Assembly: GCF_039654945.1 (NCBI RefSeq)
Contig: NW_027361696.1
Location: 21,452,001-21,516,000, forward strand
Length of the DNA: 64,000 nucleotides
From: Dendrobates tinctorius
Lineage: Eukaryota
Direction of reading: 5' to 3'
Shown: one piece after another, positions 24,401-34,452 of the stretch
How the letters are laid out: every line of letters begins with the position of its first letter
How positions within the stretch are numbered: the stretch's first letter is position 1
Notes under the pieces: model-generated
Database searches by the model: none
What the model was told of the DNA's origin: nothing
Seen by the model: only the letters and a program-made list of their open reading frames with translations
Made by a program: the position numbers and the translations under genes

Positions 24401-27400
24401 TTCCCAAGCAGCTGCGAGACGTTACCTTGACGTAGACGTTTCCCACTAGGTGATCGCCGAGGTTGTCACAGATATTCATCTCCTCGATCTCTCCGTATTT
24501 CTGCTCCACTTCAGTGAACACTTCCTGAGAGAGTGAAGAAATAATCAGACATGGTCAAGAAGCTGCACCTCCCCCTACTTGTCCTAATGGTCGCTGACCA
24601 GACATGCTGGAAGTAGTAGTGTCACCAGCCTTAGATTACATGCACACACACAAAAAGGCTTTTTCAGGCCGTTCTACTGTGTAACCCGCCTGAAAAAGCG
24701 CATTAAAAAAAAAAAGTGCTAAAAAGAATGGACATGTGCATTGCGACGCAAGAACGACCCGCTGATCATATGTCCAGGCTTCAAATGACTAAGATATCGG
24801 ACTGATGGCCAGGCGGCTTCAGACCTCAATAGTTTATAGATTAAAAAACCCAAAACAATGAAAAGTTGTTGGCGAGTCCACAGGAGACTCTCTCAGGCAT
24901 GCAAAACACAAGCCGCCGAGACACCATCACGTTTCTCAACGCAAGCAATGACTAGCCAGGTCTTTCCCCGGGAAGGAACAACCACGGGAAGGGCAGTCTC
25001 CAATGAAGGAAACCACTTATGCCGAAACATGGTATCCATCCACAGACAGCTGTTTCGGGGTATTGCCCCTCATCAGTGTGGAGTAGGAAACTGGCTAGTA
25101 GGAGCAATGCCTAGTAAAAAACTGAAAAATAAGGATGAATGAACTCATGGAGATCAACATCCAACACTGCGGAGACACCATCAATACCTTTTACTAGGCA
25201 TTGCTCCTACTAGCCAGTTTCCTACTCCACACTGATGAAGGGCAATACCCCGAAACAGCTGTCTGTGGATGGATACCATGTTTTGGCATAGGTGGTTTCC
25301 TTCATTGGAGACTGCCCTTCCTGTGGTTGTTCCTTCCCGGGGAAAGACCTGGCTAGTCATTGCTTGCGTTGAGAAACATGTGATGGTGTCTCCGCGGCTT
25401 GTGTTTTGCATGTTTTTGCATATTTCCCATGAGGGATGGGGGCATTGCTCTAGAATCACTGCGTTGAGAAACATGTGATGGTGTCTACGCAGTGTTGGAT
25501 GTTGATCTCCATGAGTTCATTCATCCTCATTTTTCTCAGGTAAAGTATTAAGAAGGTACCACTCACCTCAAAGAAGTCATCGTAATGTTCCTGCACCTCC
25601 ACATCACTGACGAGCGCTGCGAAAGAAAGAAGAGACGTGAATCATTGCACACCAAAGGAGACACCCAGAGACTACAGAGCTGCGGATGACCATCACTGAG
25701 GATGCCACCACTGATCTATCCACAGGATAATTAATATTGGGAGACCCCTTTAAGTGTCAGGCCTGCAGAATATTAAATATATGACCCTCCGTTAGTGGGG
25801 TACATGCAACATACTATTCTGCTCGCCCCTCATGGTCGTGGCTGAAATTGCCCCTCTACGTCAGCATTATTAGAGCCCACGTGGTAGGTCCCAACCGCAT
25901 GGGTTGCTGAAAGTGGCAATTCTTGTGTCCAGAAGAGGTGGTAAGGCCCCTTTAAGAGCAGGTACATGAGTATTATGTTGGCGCACTTACAGTGGGAGCC
26001 ATTGGCGCTCTGCGCCGTGTTCTGCGGGTTCCGGTAAAGGTTCAAGAGGACGATCGTCTGAAAAAAACCAAAACTAAATCATCAGCTGAGTAGCTACAGT
26101 GTCTAAAATCACATCCTTATGCTGACGAGGGGTCAGAACTCAGAGACCTCATCTGCATGAACTACTTATTAAAGGGGGAAGTCTATACACACTATTGCTG
26201 GGGTCCTAAAATGAAGCAATCACTGCACTGTGTAAGCCGCCTGAGCCCCTCCATCACTGATCAGAGCTGACTGAGTCCTGGGATTGTTCTTCATTCTGAC
26301 TGACTCCATTGTTGGGGGGGGGGGTTGGAGGTTGTGTGTCAGCTCAAATGTAACAGGACGTTACCAAACAAAGACCCCAAAACTACCATGGATGCCATCC
26401 TGCTATATACAATCCTGACTAATACACTGCTATGTATGCATGAAAGTGATTACATGATCTTTTCCGCTACCCAAAAACACACTTCAAGATGCATAGAGCG
26501 ACCGCAGGTCGTTCGACCTGAACATCACAACCTCAAGAGGAGGCCTGGGGCTGATCTGTGCTCGTGTGGATGAGACTGACCTCAGAAAAGCAGAGATTTC
26601 AGAATTTTATTGTTTCTTTTTAAATATACTACAGAGACACCTACAGAAACCCATCACATACACAGCAGGCTGCTAAAATACACCACTCAAATTCAAGGGA
26701 CTGTCCAGGTTTGAGAGCAGGATCTGCAAACGCTGTCACGTGGCGGCACGTCTGCCATCATTACACCGGCAGTCACATGGCGGCACGTCTGCCATCATTA
26801 CACCGGCAGTCACATGGCGGCACGTCTGCCATCATTACACCGGCAGTCACGCGCTGACTGGATGCAATAAGTTTCTTTCCAATCCATTCTAGAGGGTGAA
26901 GCCCGATGAGACCTTCATCCAGTAAAGCATCGGACGCCATGATTATGACCCCATAATAGTCAGTAGGATTGATCAGGTACGTCTGTGATATCTGTTTCGT
27001 AGGAGAGAACAGAAAGCCCAATTCCCTGCCACAGACGTGACAGGAGCCTAAAGCCCTCATACACATTAGACTAACACATCGCAGACATTGGGGCCCAGAC
27101 GACAGTCTGATGTGGGTGAGGGACCACATGACAGTCTGATACGTGTGGGGGCCCACATGGTGATGTCGGGGAGAGAAGGATCAGATATGCCCCATCTCTG
27201 ACTGACGATCCTGTTGATCTCCAGAATACAAGAAATGTCTGTCACTGGCTCTTGATCAGAACACAGGAGCTGAGCGAACGATCGTCTGACTGCCATCTGC
27301 TGTGTATGGGGTCCGCAGGTCACTACCAGAACAAAGTGTGCGGCCCCCAGAGTCCTCACCTGGCTGAAGGTGGGCTTGTTGTGGAGGCGGGAGCAGCGGT

Positions 27401-28334
27401 CTCCATGGCGACAAGCTCCGATTTTGAAGTAAAAGGAACAGTTGACCCTGAAGAACAGACAAAGGGGAGACTGTTATAAAAAGGCCCAAATATCCAACTA
27501 ATCCATCAGTGGCCACAAGAGATACACGCTATATATGCTGAGTCTTCTCCAGGGCCCCGTGCCCTCAGTGGCACCTCTGCAGCCCACTCTCGCCCTTCTC
27601 TGGGGCCAAGAGTCATCAGTGGCCCCCCTATAGCCCATTATCACCCTCCTCCAGGCCCCCCCCCCCCCCCCGTGTCCTCAGTGGCCCCTCTGCAACCCAT
27701 TCTTGCTTCCTCCAGGACCCCGTGTCCCAAGTGTCCCCTCTGCAGCCCATTCTCGCCTTCCACCAGGGCCCCACGTCCTCAATGGCCCCTCTGCAGCCCA
27801 TTCACGCCCTCCGCCAGGGACCCACGTCCTCAATGGCCCCTCTGCAGCCCATTCTTGCCCTCCGCCGGGGCCTCACGTCATCATTGGCCCCTGTGCAGCC
27901 CATTCATGCCCTCCGCCGTGGAGCGTGTCATCAGTAGCCCCTCTGCAGCCTACTCTTGCCCTCCTCCGGGGCCCTGTTTCCTCAGTGGCCCCTGTGCAGC
28001 CCACTCTCACCCTCCTCTGAGGCCCCATCTCTTTAGTGGCCCCTGTATAGCTCAGTCTTGCCCTCCTCTGGGGCGCCGTGCCCTCAATGGCCACTGGGCA
28101 GCCCACACTTGCCCTCCTCTGGGGCCCTGTTTCCTCAGTGGTCCCTGTACAGCCCACTCTCACCCTCCTCTGAGGCCCCGTCTCCTCAGTCGTCCCTGTG
28201 CAGCTCACTCTTGCCCTCCTCTGGGGCCCCGTGCCCTCAATGGCCCCCTGTGCAGCCCACTCTCGCCCTCTTCTGGGGTCCCACGCTTACTTATCCTTCT
28301 CAGTCCCGAAAATCGAGGCTAAGTATTCCGCCAT
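18463..28334 (-). CDS. U2AF1L4: U2 snRNP auxiliary factor small subunit paralog U2AF26 (235 aa)
   Basis: Exons 28291-28334, 27360-27447, 25991-26057, 25567-25616, 24426-24524, 20304-20437, 20123-20218 and 18463-18592 are all GT-AG and phase-compatible (708 nt). [35 protein letters not shown]; [23 protein letters not shown] and terminal HGRF are U2AF26-type. Head-to-head with PSENEN. Confidence 0.93.
19407..20026. mobile_element. Internally deleted Tc1-type element (MITE) in U2AF1L4 intron 7
   Basis: Long inverted arms AGGTGCATCTC...GAGATGCACCTG|TA with only short internal remnants. Confidence 0.75.
20898..24087 (+). CDS. Kir3/GIRK-like inward rectifier potassium channel (~608 aa), nested antisense in U2AF1L4 intron 5
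   Basis: Exons 20898-21137, 21219-22419 and 23702-24087 (1827 nt, open). Motifs [49 protein letters not shown]|MTCQAKSSY, with the phase-1 intron at the Kir3-type position. AATAAA at 24218-24223. The first exon and start codon are less certain than the core. Confidence 0.9.
22913..23483. repeat. ~195-bp inverted repeat with ~180-bp spacer, Penelope-like
   Basis: Arms 22913-23109 and 23289-23483 are near-perfect reverse complements and contain a decayed CCGATGA...GAAAC hammerhead-like core. Confidence 0.75.
25039..25082 (-). ncRNA. Minimal type I hammerhead ribozyme (intact core)
   Basis: UCCACA-CUGAUGA-GGGG-caaua-CCCC-GAAAC-agcu-GUC^UGUGGA: 6-bp helix I, 4-bp helix II, palindromic helix III, GUC cleavage site. 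Confidence 0.8.
25226..25269 (+). ncRNA. Minimal type I hammerhead ribozyme, inverted copy with a helix II mismatch
   Basis: TCCACA-CTGATGA-AGGG-caata-CCCC-GAAAC-agct-GTC-TGTGGA; the first helix II pair is A-C. Confidence 0.6.
26735..26851. repeat. Short tandem repeat, ~37 bp x3
   Basis: GTCACATGGCGGCACGTCTGCCATCATTACACCGGCA repeated. Confidence 0.8.
27545..28282. repeat. ~50-bp C-rich minisatellite in U2AF1L4 intron 1
   Basis: Recurring CCTCAGTGGCCCCTCTGCAGCCCACTCTTGCCCTCCTC units. Confidence 0.85.
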
Positions 28335-28760
28335 CTTCCACGGATTGTCTCCTCCCCCTTCTCAACAACCACCGACTTCCTGTTTATGGAGACGTCACTT
28401 CCGCTTCCGCTTCCCGCCTCTTTCTCCGCGGTCGTCCGCTGATTCCACATAGTTACAGAACATTTCACACTTTCCCTCCCCGGAATCCGTGTTTCATTCT
28501 CTCACGCTGCGCTCTGAATATCTTCACTCCACGTCATAATATGTGGATAAGACTACAACTGCTGATAGGCGTCGCTGCTTGGTTTCCGGTTGCACATGCG
28601 CACTGAATCGTGATGCTTTCCTAAACTACATTTCCCGACATTCCCGAGCGCTGGGTCTGGAGAAAGAGGAAAATAGGAGGGTGAGCGGAGAGCTTTCGTG
28701 TAATATCGACGATAATCGCGTTTGGGAGGACTACAGTTTCCATTATGCCCCATCAGAAAA
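28328..28760. promoter_or_regulatory. Bidirectional CpG-rich promoter U2AF1L4/PSENEN
   Basis: YY1-like CCGCCATCTT overlapping the ATG (28328-28337), GACGTCAC, (CTTCCG)n ETS-like sites, NRF1-like TGCACATGCGCA (28591-28602), ZNF143-like ACTACATTTCCC (28625-28636), and a candidate PSENEN first-exon donor GTGAGC at 28681. Confidence 0.7.
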
Positions 28761-30832
28761 TGTCCACATTAGCTGTTGGCACCTTATGGGTCATTGTTGC
28801 CATGGTAACACTTGTCCCAAGAGCTGACAATTCACTGCTGCCTTCTATGGGGCAAAAAAGAGCTTCCAGCTAGAAATGTGCAGGTTTCTCCCCTTTTATT
28901 TTGTCCACAGCCCTCGTTGTACCTCTGCTTGCTGTCAGTGAATAGCAGCCTCCCGATTTGCGCTGGGCTGCGTCTGTCGAGGTGATGTGACCTCCCAGGG
29001 ACATGTTTTGTGCTTCCGTCCGTGACAACACCGAGCGCAGGGCACGGACGAGGCCGAATCTGTCCGTATCCAGGCCCCACTGTAACTGATTCACCGTCCC
29101 GGACCCCAGAATCCCCCACATCCTGCGCTCCAAGACTTGACACTCGATGAATGCGGCTCCACTGAATGGCGTGGGGATGTGCCATTCCCTATGCGGCCGC
29201 CTCAAACTCCTGTACTCTGAGGTTACAGGTGTTAAAATTGCAAAGTGCTTGGAAAAACTAGAAAGTTTCTCCATTTTCAAGAACAGGGAATTATAATTTA
29301 CTGTTTGTTGCCCAGGTTACCAGCCACTGCTGCGGTCTATCAGAAGAAGTCGGTTTCCTAGGTAATAGGGTAGAGCTTGCCAGCTGTTTGCTATAGAGCT
29401 TGAAAATACTGCTCTGAAGGTCCCTACCCATCTCACCAGCCTCTGCGCTCCTCCGATGCTGCCGAATATGATCAACAATGTTCGGACTAGGTCAACCGTG
29501 TTGCTGGCCACATACCAACAGTCATCAGAGACACAGTTCTCCAGCAAGCAGGAGGCAGGGGAGCAGTGCGCTTACAATCTGTTTATTACAGAGTTTATAA
29601 GCGCTGTTCTGAAGATCCGGCCGGCTTCTGGGAGCCTGCGTTCCTCCGATGCTACAGCAATGTCCCCACCAGTTCAACCAGTCAGTCATCAGAGGCACTG
29701 TTCTTCAGCAAGCAGGAGGCAGAGGAGCAGTGTGCTTACAATCTGTTTATTATAGTTTATAAGCGCTGTTCTGAAGATCCGGCCGGCTTCTGGGCCCCTG
29801 CTATCTCCTGATACTGCAGAGGTAAAGCTGCTGTTGCAGGTTCAGAGAGCGCACAGTTTGGAGCAATGGTGCAGTCATGGCAATAACTTGTCAGCAGGCC
29901 CCCTGGATTTGGCCCGTCATCGAGCCCCCAGAATACAGGCCATCAGTGGGAGCCCAGGGTGGATAATACGGCGAACACACTGAGCATTAGCTCTCATTAT
30001 GATGGATGCATTATAGCATCCCCTTTACAGCTGTACGGTTTCTGGGGAGAGTAGGGGGCTGAATATTGCTGGTAGTTCCCCTTTCAGGGCTGTAATGTCT
30101 GCCTGGTGCGCCTGTCGACGGGCTGCGTCCTGGGGGCCCACTGGTGGCATGGCTGCACCATTGGTCCAAACTGTGTTCATTTACTTTCCATTGCATTCTT
30201 CAATTTACTACAATTGTATCGTCTCCGGACTGATACACTTACAAATTCTGCACAGAAGAGATGATTGCAGATATTATTGTAACAAACCCTCAGCTGTTCA
30301 TACATCTCTGATCTTGATAGTGGAAATGAGTATCAGTAACAGAAGGGTTAATCCCGCAGGCGCTCCGAGATTCTCCGACAATGAACCGTATCTCAAACAT
30401 TACCAAATACGGCCCTGGGAAGAATGGGGGCCGAGCGCCAAATACCTCAGCGCACAGACACGGCCTCTTCCTCATCCACTCTGCGGTAAATCATTACCGG
30501 GCCTTTCGTATATGGGTGGTCTCAGATGCTTTTAACCCCTTGTCTCCCAGCTCCATTATTGCTGGCGACGCTGAGGAATATTCAGATCCATTTCTCGGAC
30601 ATGAACTTCTGGCTGTCAGTCTTCAGTGCAGTTCTAGATTTCTGTTTATGAACCAGGAGGCTCAGGATGAGCAGTTTGTACCGAATCCTTGGGAATCATG
30701 GATTTGTGGGAGGCCCAGTAAAAATAGAATAAAAAAAAAAATATATATATATATGTGCCCATGTTCTCATTTTTCCCTTTAGAGGCAACATCCTGACCAA
30801 ACGTGTGAAGATCCGATCTCTCTGACACCACA

Positions 30833-32052
30833 ATGAACCTGGAGCGCGTCCCCAACGAGGAGAAGCTGCAGCTGTGCCGAAAGTATTACCTGGGTGAGAT
30901 TGAAGCTGCACAATACACAAGTCTATATATTTCTCTGGTGGCCTTTGGTTTTCTGTCCAGTCCCCGGCGACCGGAGGTTGAGCGTCCAGTCCCCGGCGGC
31001 CGGAGGGTGAGCGTCCAATCCCCGGCGGCCGGAGGGTGGGCGTCCAATCCCCGGCGGCCGGAGGGTGGGCGCCCAATCCCCGGCGGGTGGGCGCCCAATC
31101 CCCGGCGGCCGGAGGGTGGGCGCCCAATCCCCGGCGGCCGGAGGGTGGGCGCCCAATCCCCGGCGGCCGGAGGGTGGGCGCCCAATCCCCGGCGGCCGGA
31201 GGGTGGGCGCCCAATCCCCGGCGGCCGGAGGGTGGGCGCCCAATCCCCGGCGGCCGGAGGGTGGGCGCCCAATCCCCGGCGGCCGGAGGGTGGGCGCCCA
31301 ATCCCCGGCGGCCGGAGGGTGAGCGCCCAATCCCCGGCGGCCGGAGGGTGAGCGCCCAATCCCCGGCGGCCGGAGGTTGAGCGTTCAGTTCTTGGTACTC
31401 TTTGCCCTGGAACCTAGTGTCAGGTAGTATAATTTTTTTTGTCGGATGGTCTGTTCTCTACTTCCTCTTCTCGGCACTATCACATGCCTCCAGCACTGAC
31501 GGGCGCTATTAACCCTTTCACCTTGTGTTTTTACAGGGGGGTTTGCTCTGCTGCCGTTCCTGTGGCTCGTTAACGTCACGTGGTTCTTTAAGGAAGCGTT
31601 CTTCAAGCCGGCGTACACAGAGCAGCCGCAGATACAGAGCTGTGAGTGTCGGGGTGTGACTATAAGGGGGGCTTTTTTTTTAGTAACACTATTTGCTGGA
31701 GGATCATTATTCCTCCTCCAGAAGTTGTCATCTCACTTTTCCATGGGCCATGAGCGGCAAATCCTCTGATGAATCCAGTAACAGTAAGGATTCGGGGAAT
31801 GATTAGGTAGATGCACCGTCCAGGAACTTGGGGGGCTGATGTACACCCCTGCGGGAGTTTAGTGTTGGCTATACTGGTGGTCTCCCCACTTATTCTCTGT
31901 TCACCCCTGCAGATGTGAAGCGGTCGGCCTTTGGCCTCTTTGTGTGGGTGGTCATCCTCACCACGTGGATCAGCATCTACCAGACACATCGGGCCAGCTG
32001 GGGTGCCACCGGTGACTACCTCTCCTTCACTATACCCCTGGGCATTCCCTGA
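30833..32052 (+). CDS. PSENEN: Gamma-secretase subunit PEN-2 (101 aa)
   Basis: Exons 30833-30893, 31537-31641 and 31913-32052 (306 nt). [33 protein letters not shown]...[19 protein letters not shown] at 32190-32195. Confidence 0.97.
30955..31385. repeat. 29-bp GC-rich VNTR (~14-15 copies) in a PSENEN intron
   Basis: CCCCGGCGGCCGGAGGGTGGGCGCCCAAT units, mostly identical. Confidence 0.95.
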
Positions 32053-32608
32053 CGTCCACACCAGGGACCACCAGAACTATGCGGATCTACTCTCTGCTGC
32101 TCCGGACCTCGCTCTCCATTGCATTAACAAAGACCAATGAAGTGGCTCCGACCCAGGGGCTTCACCTTCCCCGGATCTGTTATTTCGCCAATAAAATGTT
32201 CAGTCCGATTGTTGTGTTCTTCATAAAGTTTGTAGCAGATGAGCGGAGGGTGCAGGGGGCTGTATAGATTCTGGAAGGTTCTCTACTTGTGCTCCCCCCA
32301 CAGGTGCTGCTCTAGAGGCAGCGATCATCTCAGATCCTATAAATGACCACAGGAGAGGTCACTGCAGATTATTCATAATCCCCCTGATGTTTGTCTATAC
32401 TGCCCCCTACAGGCAAAATCGCAGCACAGGAGGAGTTCACGAAATGTGACTGGCAATGGAAACATAGTCACCGGCTATAAATAATCTCCAGCGTCCTCCG
32501 GGGTCCATGATATCTGATAGGACACAAAGCAGGGAAAGATACACAGATCTCACAGCTGCTCTGATGGCATCACCACAGACAACTAAACAAACAGCAGAGT
32601 CACTATAT

Positions 32609-32825
32609 GGCCGGGATCACACTACCGTGTGCGATGCGAGAAACTCGCACGAGTCTCTCACATCAACACCCGCCGGCACTCAGGACCGGAGCTGCGGCTG
32701 CTTGTATTTCTATGTTTTTCTATGCAGCCGCAGCTCCATTCCTGAGTGCCGGCGGTAGCGCCGGGTGTTGATGCGAGAGACTCGTGCGAGTTTCTCGCAT
32801 CGCACACGGTAGTGTGATCCCAGCC
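32609..32825. mobile_element. Palindromic Harbinger-type MITE
   Basis: GGCCGGGATCACACTACCG...CGGTAGTGTGATCCCAGCC with a TAT duplication on both sides. Confidence 0.75.
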
Positions 32826-32844
32826 TATGCATCATTATCTTACA

Positions 32845-34110
32845 CTATACTCCAGAGCTGCACTCACTATTCTGCTGGTGCAGTCACTGTACATACATTA
32901 TTGATCCCGAGTTACATCCAGTATTATACTCCAGAGCTGCACTCATTATTCTGCTTGTGCAGTCACTGTGTACATACATTATTGATCCCGAGTTACATTC
33001 TGTATTATACCCCAGAGCTGCACTCACTAATCTACTGGTGCAGTCACTGTGTACATACATTACATTACTGATCCTGAGTTACATCCTGTATTATACCCCA
33101 GAGCTGCACTCACTAATCTACTGGTGCAGTCACTGTGTACATACATTACATTCCTGATCCTGAGTTACATCCTGCATTATACTCCAGAGCTGCACTCACT
33201 ATTCTGCTGGTGCAGTCACTGTGTACATACATTACATTACTGATCCTGAGTTATATCCTGTATTATACCCCAGAGCTGCACTCACTAATCTACTGGTGCA
33301 GTCACTCTGTACATACATTACTGATCCTGAGTTACATCCTGTATTATACTCCAGAGCTGCACTCACTATTCTGCTGGTGCAGTCACTGTGTACATACGTT
33401 ACTGATCTTGAGTTACATCCTGTATTATACCCCAGAGCTGCACTCTCTATTCTGCTGGTGCAGTCACTGTGTACATACATTACATTACTAATCCTGAATT
33501 ACATCCTGTATTATACCCCAGAGCTGCACTCACTATTCTGCTGGTGCAGTCACTGTGTACATACATTACATTACTGATCCTGAGTTACATCCTGTATTAT
33601 ACCCCAGAGCTGTACTCACTATTCTGTTGGTGCAGTCACTGTGTACATACATTGCTGGTCCTGAGTTACATCCTGTATTATCCTCCAGAGCTGCACTCAC
33701 TATTCTGTTGGTGCAGTCACTGTGTACATACATTGCTGGTCCTGAGTTACATCCTGTATTATCCTCCAGAGCTGCACTCACTATTCTGTTGGTGCAGTCA
33801 CTGTGTACATACATTACTGGTCCTGAGTTACATCCTGTATTATCCTCCAGAGCTGCACTCACTATTCTGCTGGTGCAGTCACTGTGTACATACATTACAT
33901 TACTGATCCGGAGTTACATCCTGTATTATCCTCCAGAGCTGCACTCACTATTCTGCTGGTGCAGTCACTGTGTACATACATTACTGATCCTGTACTGATC
34001 CTGAATTACATCCTGTATTATCCTCCAGAGCTGCACTCACTATTCTGCTGGTGCAGTCACTGTACATACGTTACTGGTCCTGAGTTACATCCTGTATCAT
34101 ACTGCAGAAC
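32845..34110 (+). repeat. 81/86-bp tandem satellite
   Basis: CCAGAGCTGCACTCACTATTCTGCTGGTGCAGTCACTGTGTACATACATTAC(ATTAC)TGATCCTGAGTTACATCCTGTATTATAC, ~15 copies. Confidence 0.95.
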
Positions 34111-34289
34111 TGCGCTCACTAAAACTGAAGTTAATGGGCCTGTAACACTTAAAAGTGTCAGAGTTGTTAGAAGATATTGGTATGATCTGAGGTTTTCAGC
34201 ACTGTAAATAATTTGATAACAGAGCAATAGACGATGTAACAGTTGGGATGGTCTGATCCTCTGTGCTGAGGATGAGTCACTGTCTCTGT

Positions 34290-34411
34290 GGCTATTTTTG
34301 CAGTTGTCGTTCCTGGATACTTTCCATGGTTCTGGCGGTGTCAGTGATGTTCCGGTTATTTCCAGAGCTTTCTTTGGGTCCGCGGAGGGGGGCACATATA
34401 TATATATATAG
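34290..34411 (+). promoter_or_regulatory. Putative small-HSP promoter: MEF2-like site, E-box, HSE-like motif, TATA
   Basis: CTATTTTTGC at 34292, CAGTTG at 34301, TTCcaGAGctTTC at 34360-34372, and a TA run ~45-55 nt before the ATG. Confidence 0.45.
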
Positions 34412-34452
34412 CCGCCGCCGCCGTCTCCGGAGCTCAGTCTGGGACCGCAGTC

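Larger units (their letters stand above)
24898..25530. mobile_element. Penelope-like inverted terminal-repeat fragments in U2AF1L4 intron 4
   Basis: Arms ~24898-25117 and ~25189-25411 are reverse complements, with a further pair at ~25130-25182 / ~25478-25530. Each main arm carries a minimal hammerhead motif. Confidence 0.7.

Noticed and set aside
27672-28606. Pro/Cys-rich 180-216 aa plus-strand ORFs
   Set aside because: Translation of the ~50-bp minisatellite in U2AF1L4 intron 1.
30696-31380. Multiple 100-200 aa Gly/Pro/Arg-rich ORFs on both strands
   Set aside because: By-products of a stop-free 29-bp VNTR inside a PSENEN intron.
32784-34207. Hydrophobic repetitive ORFs or a CRISPR-like periodic array
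   Set aside because: The units are contiguous tandem satellite without unique spacers, the context is eukaryotic, and there are no cas genes.
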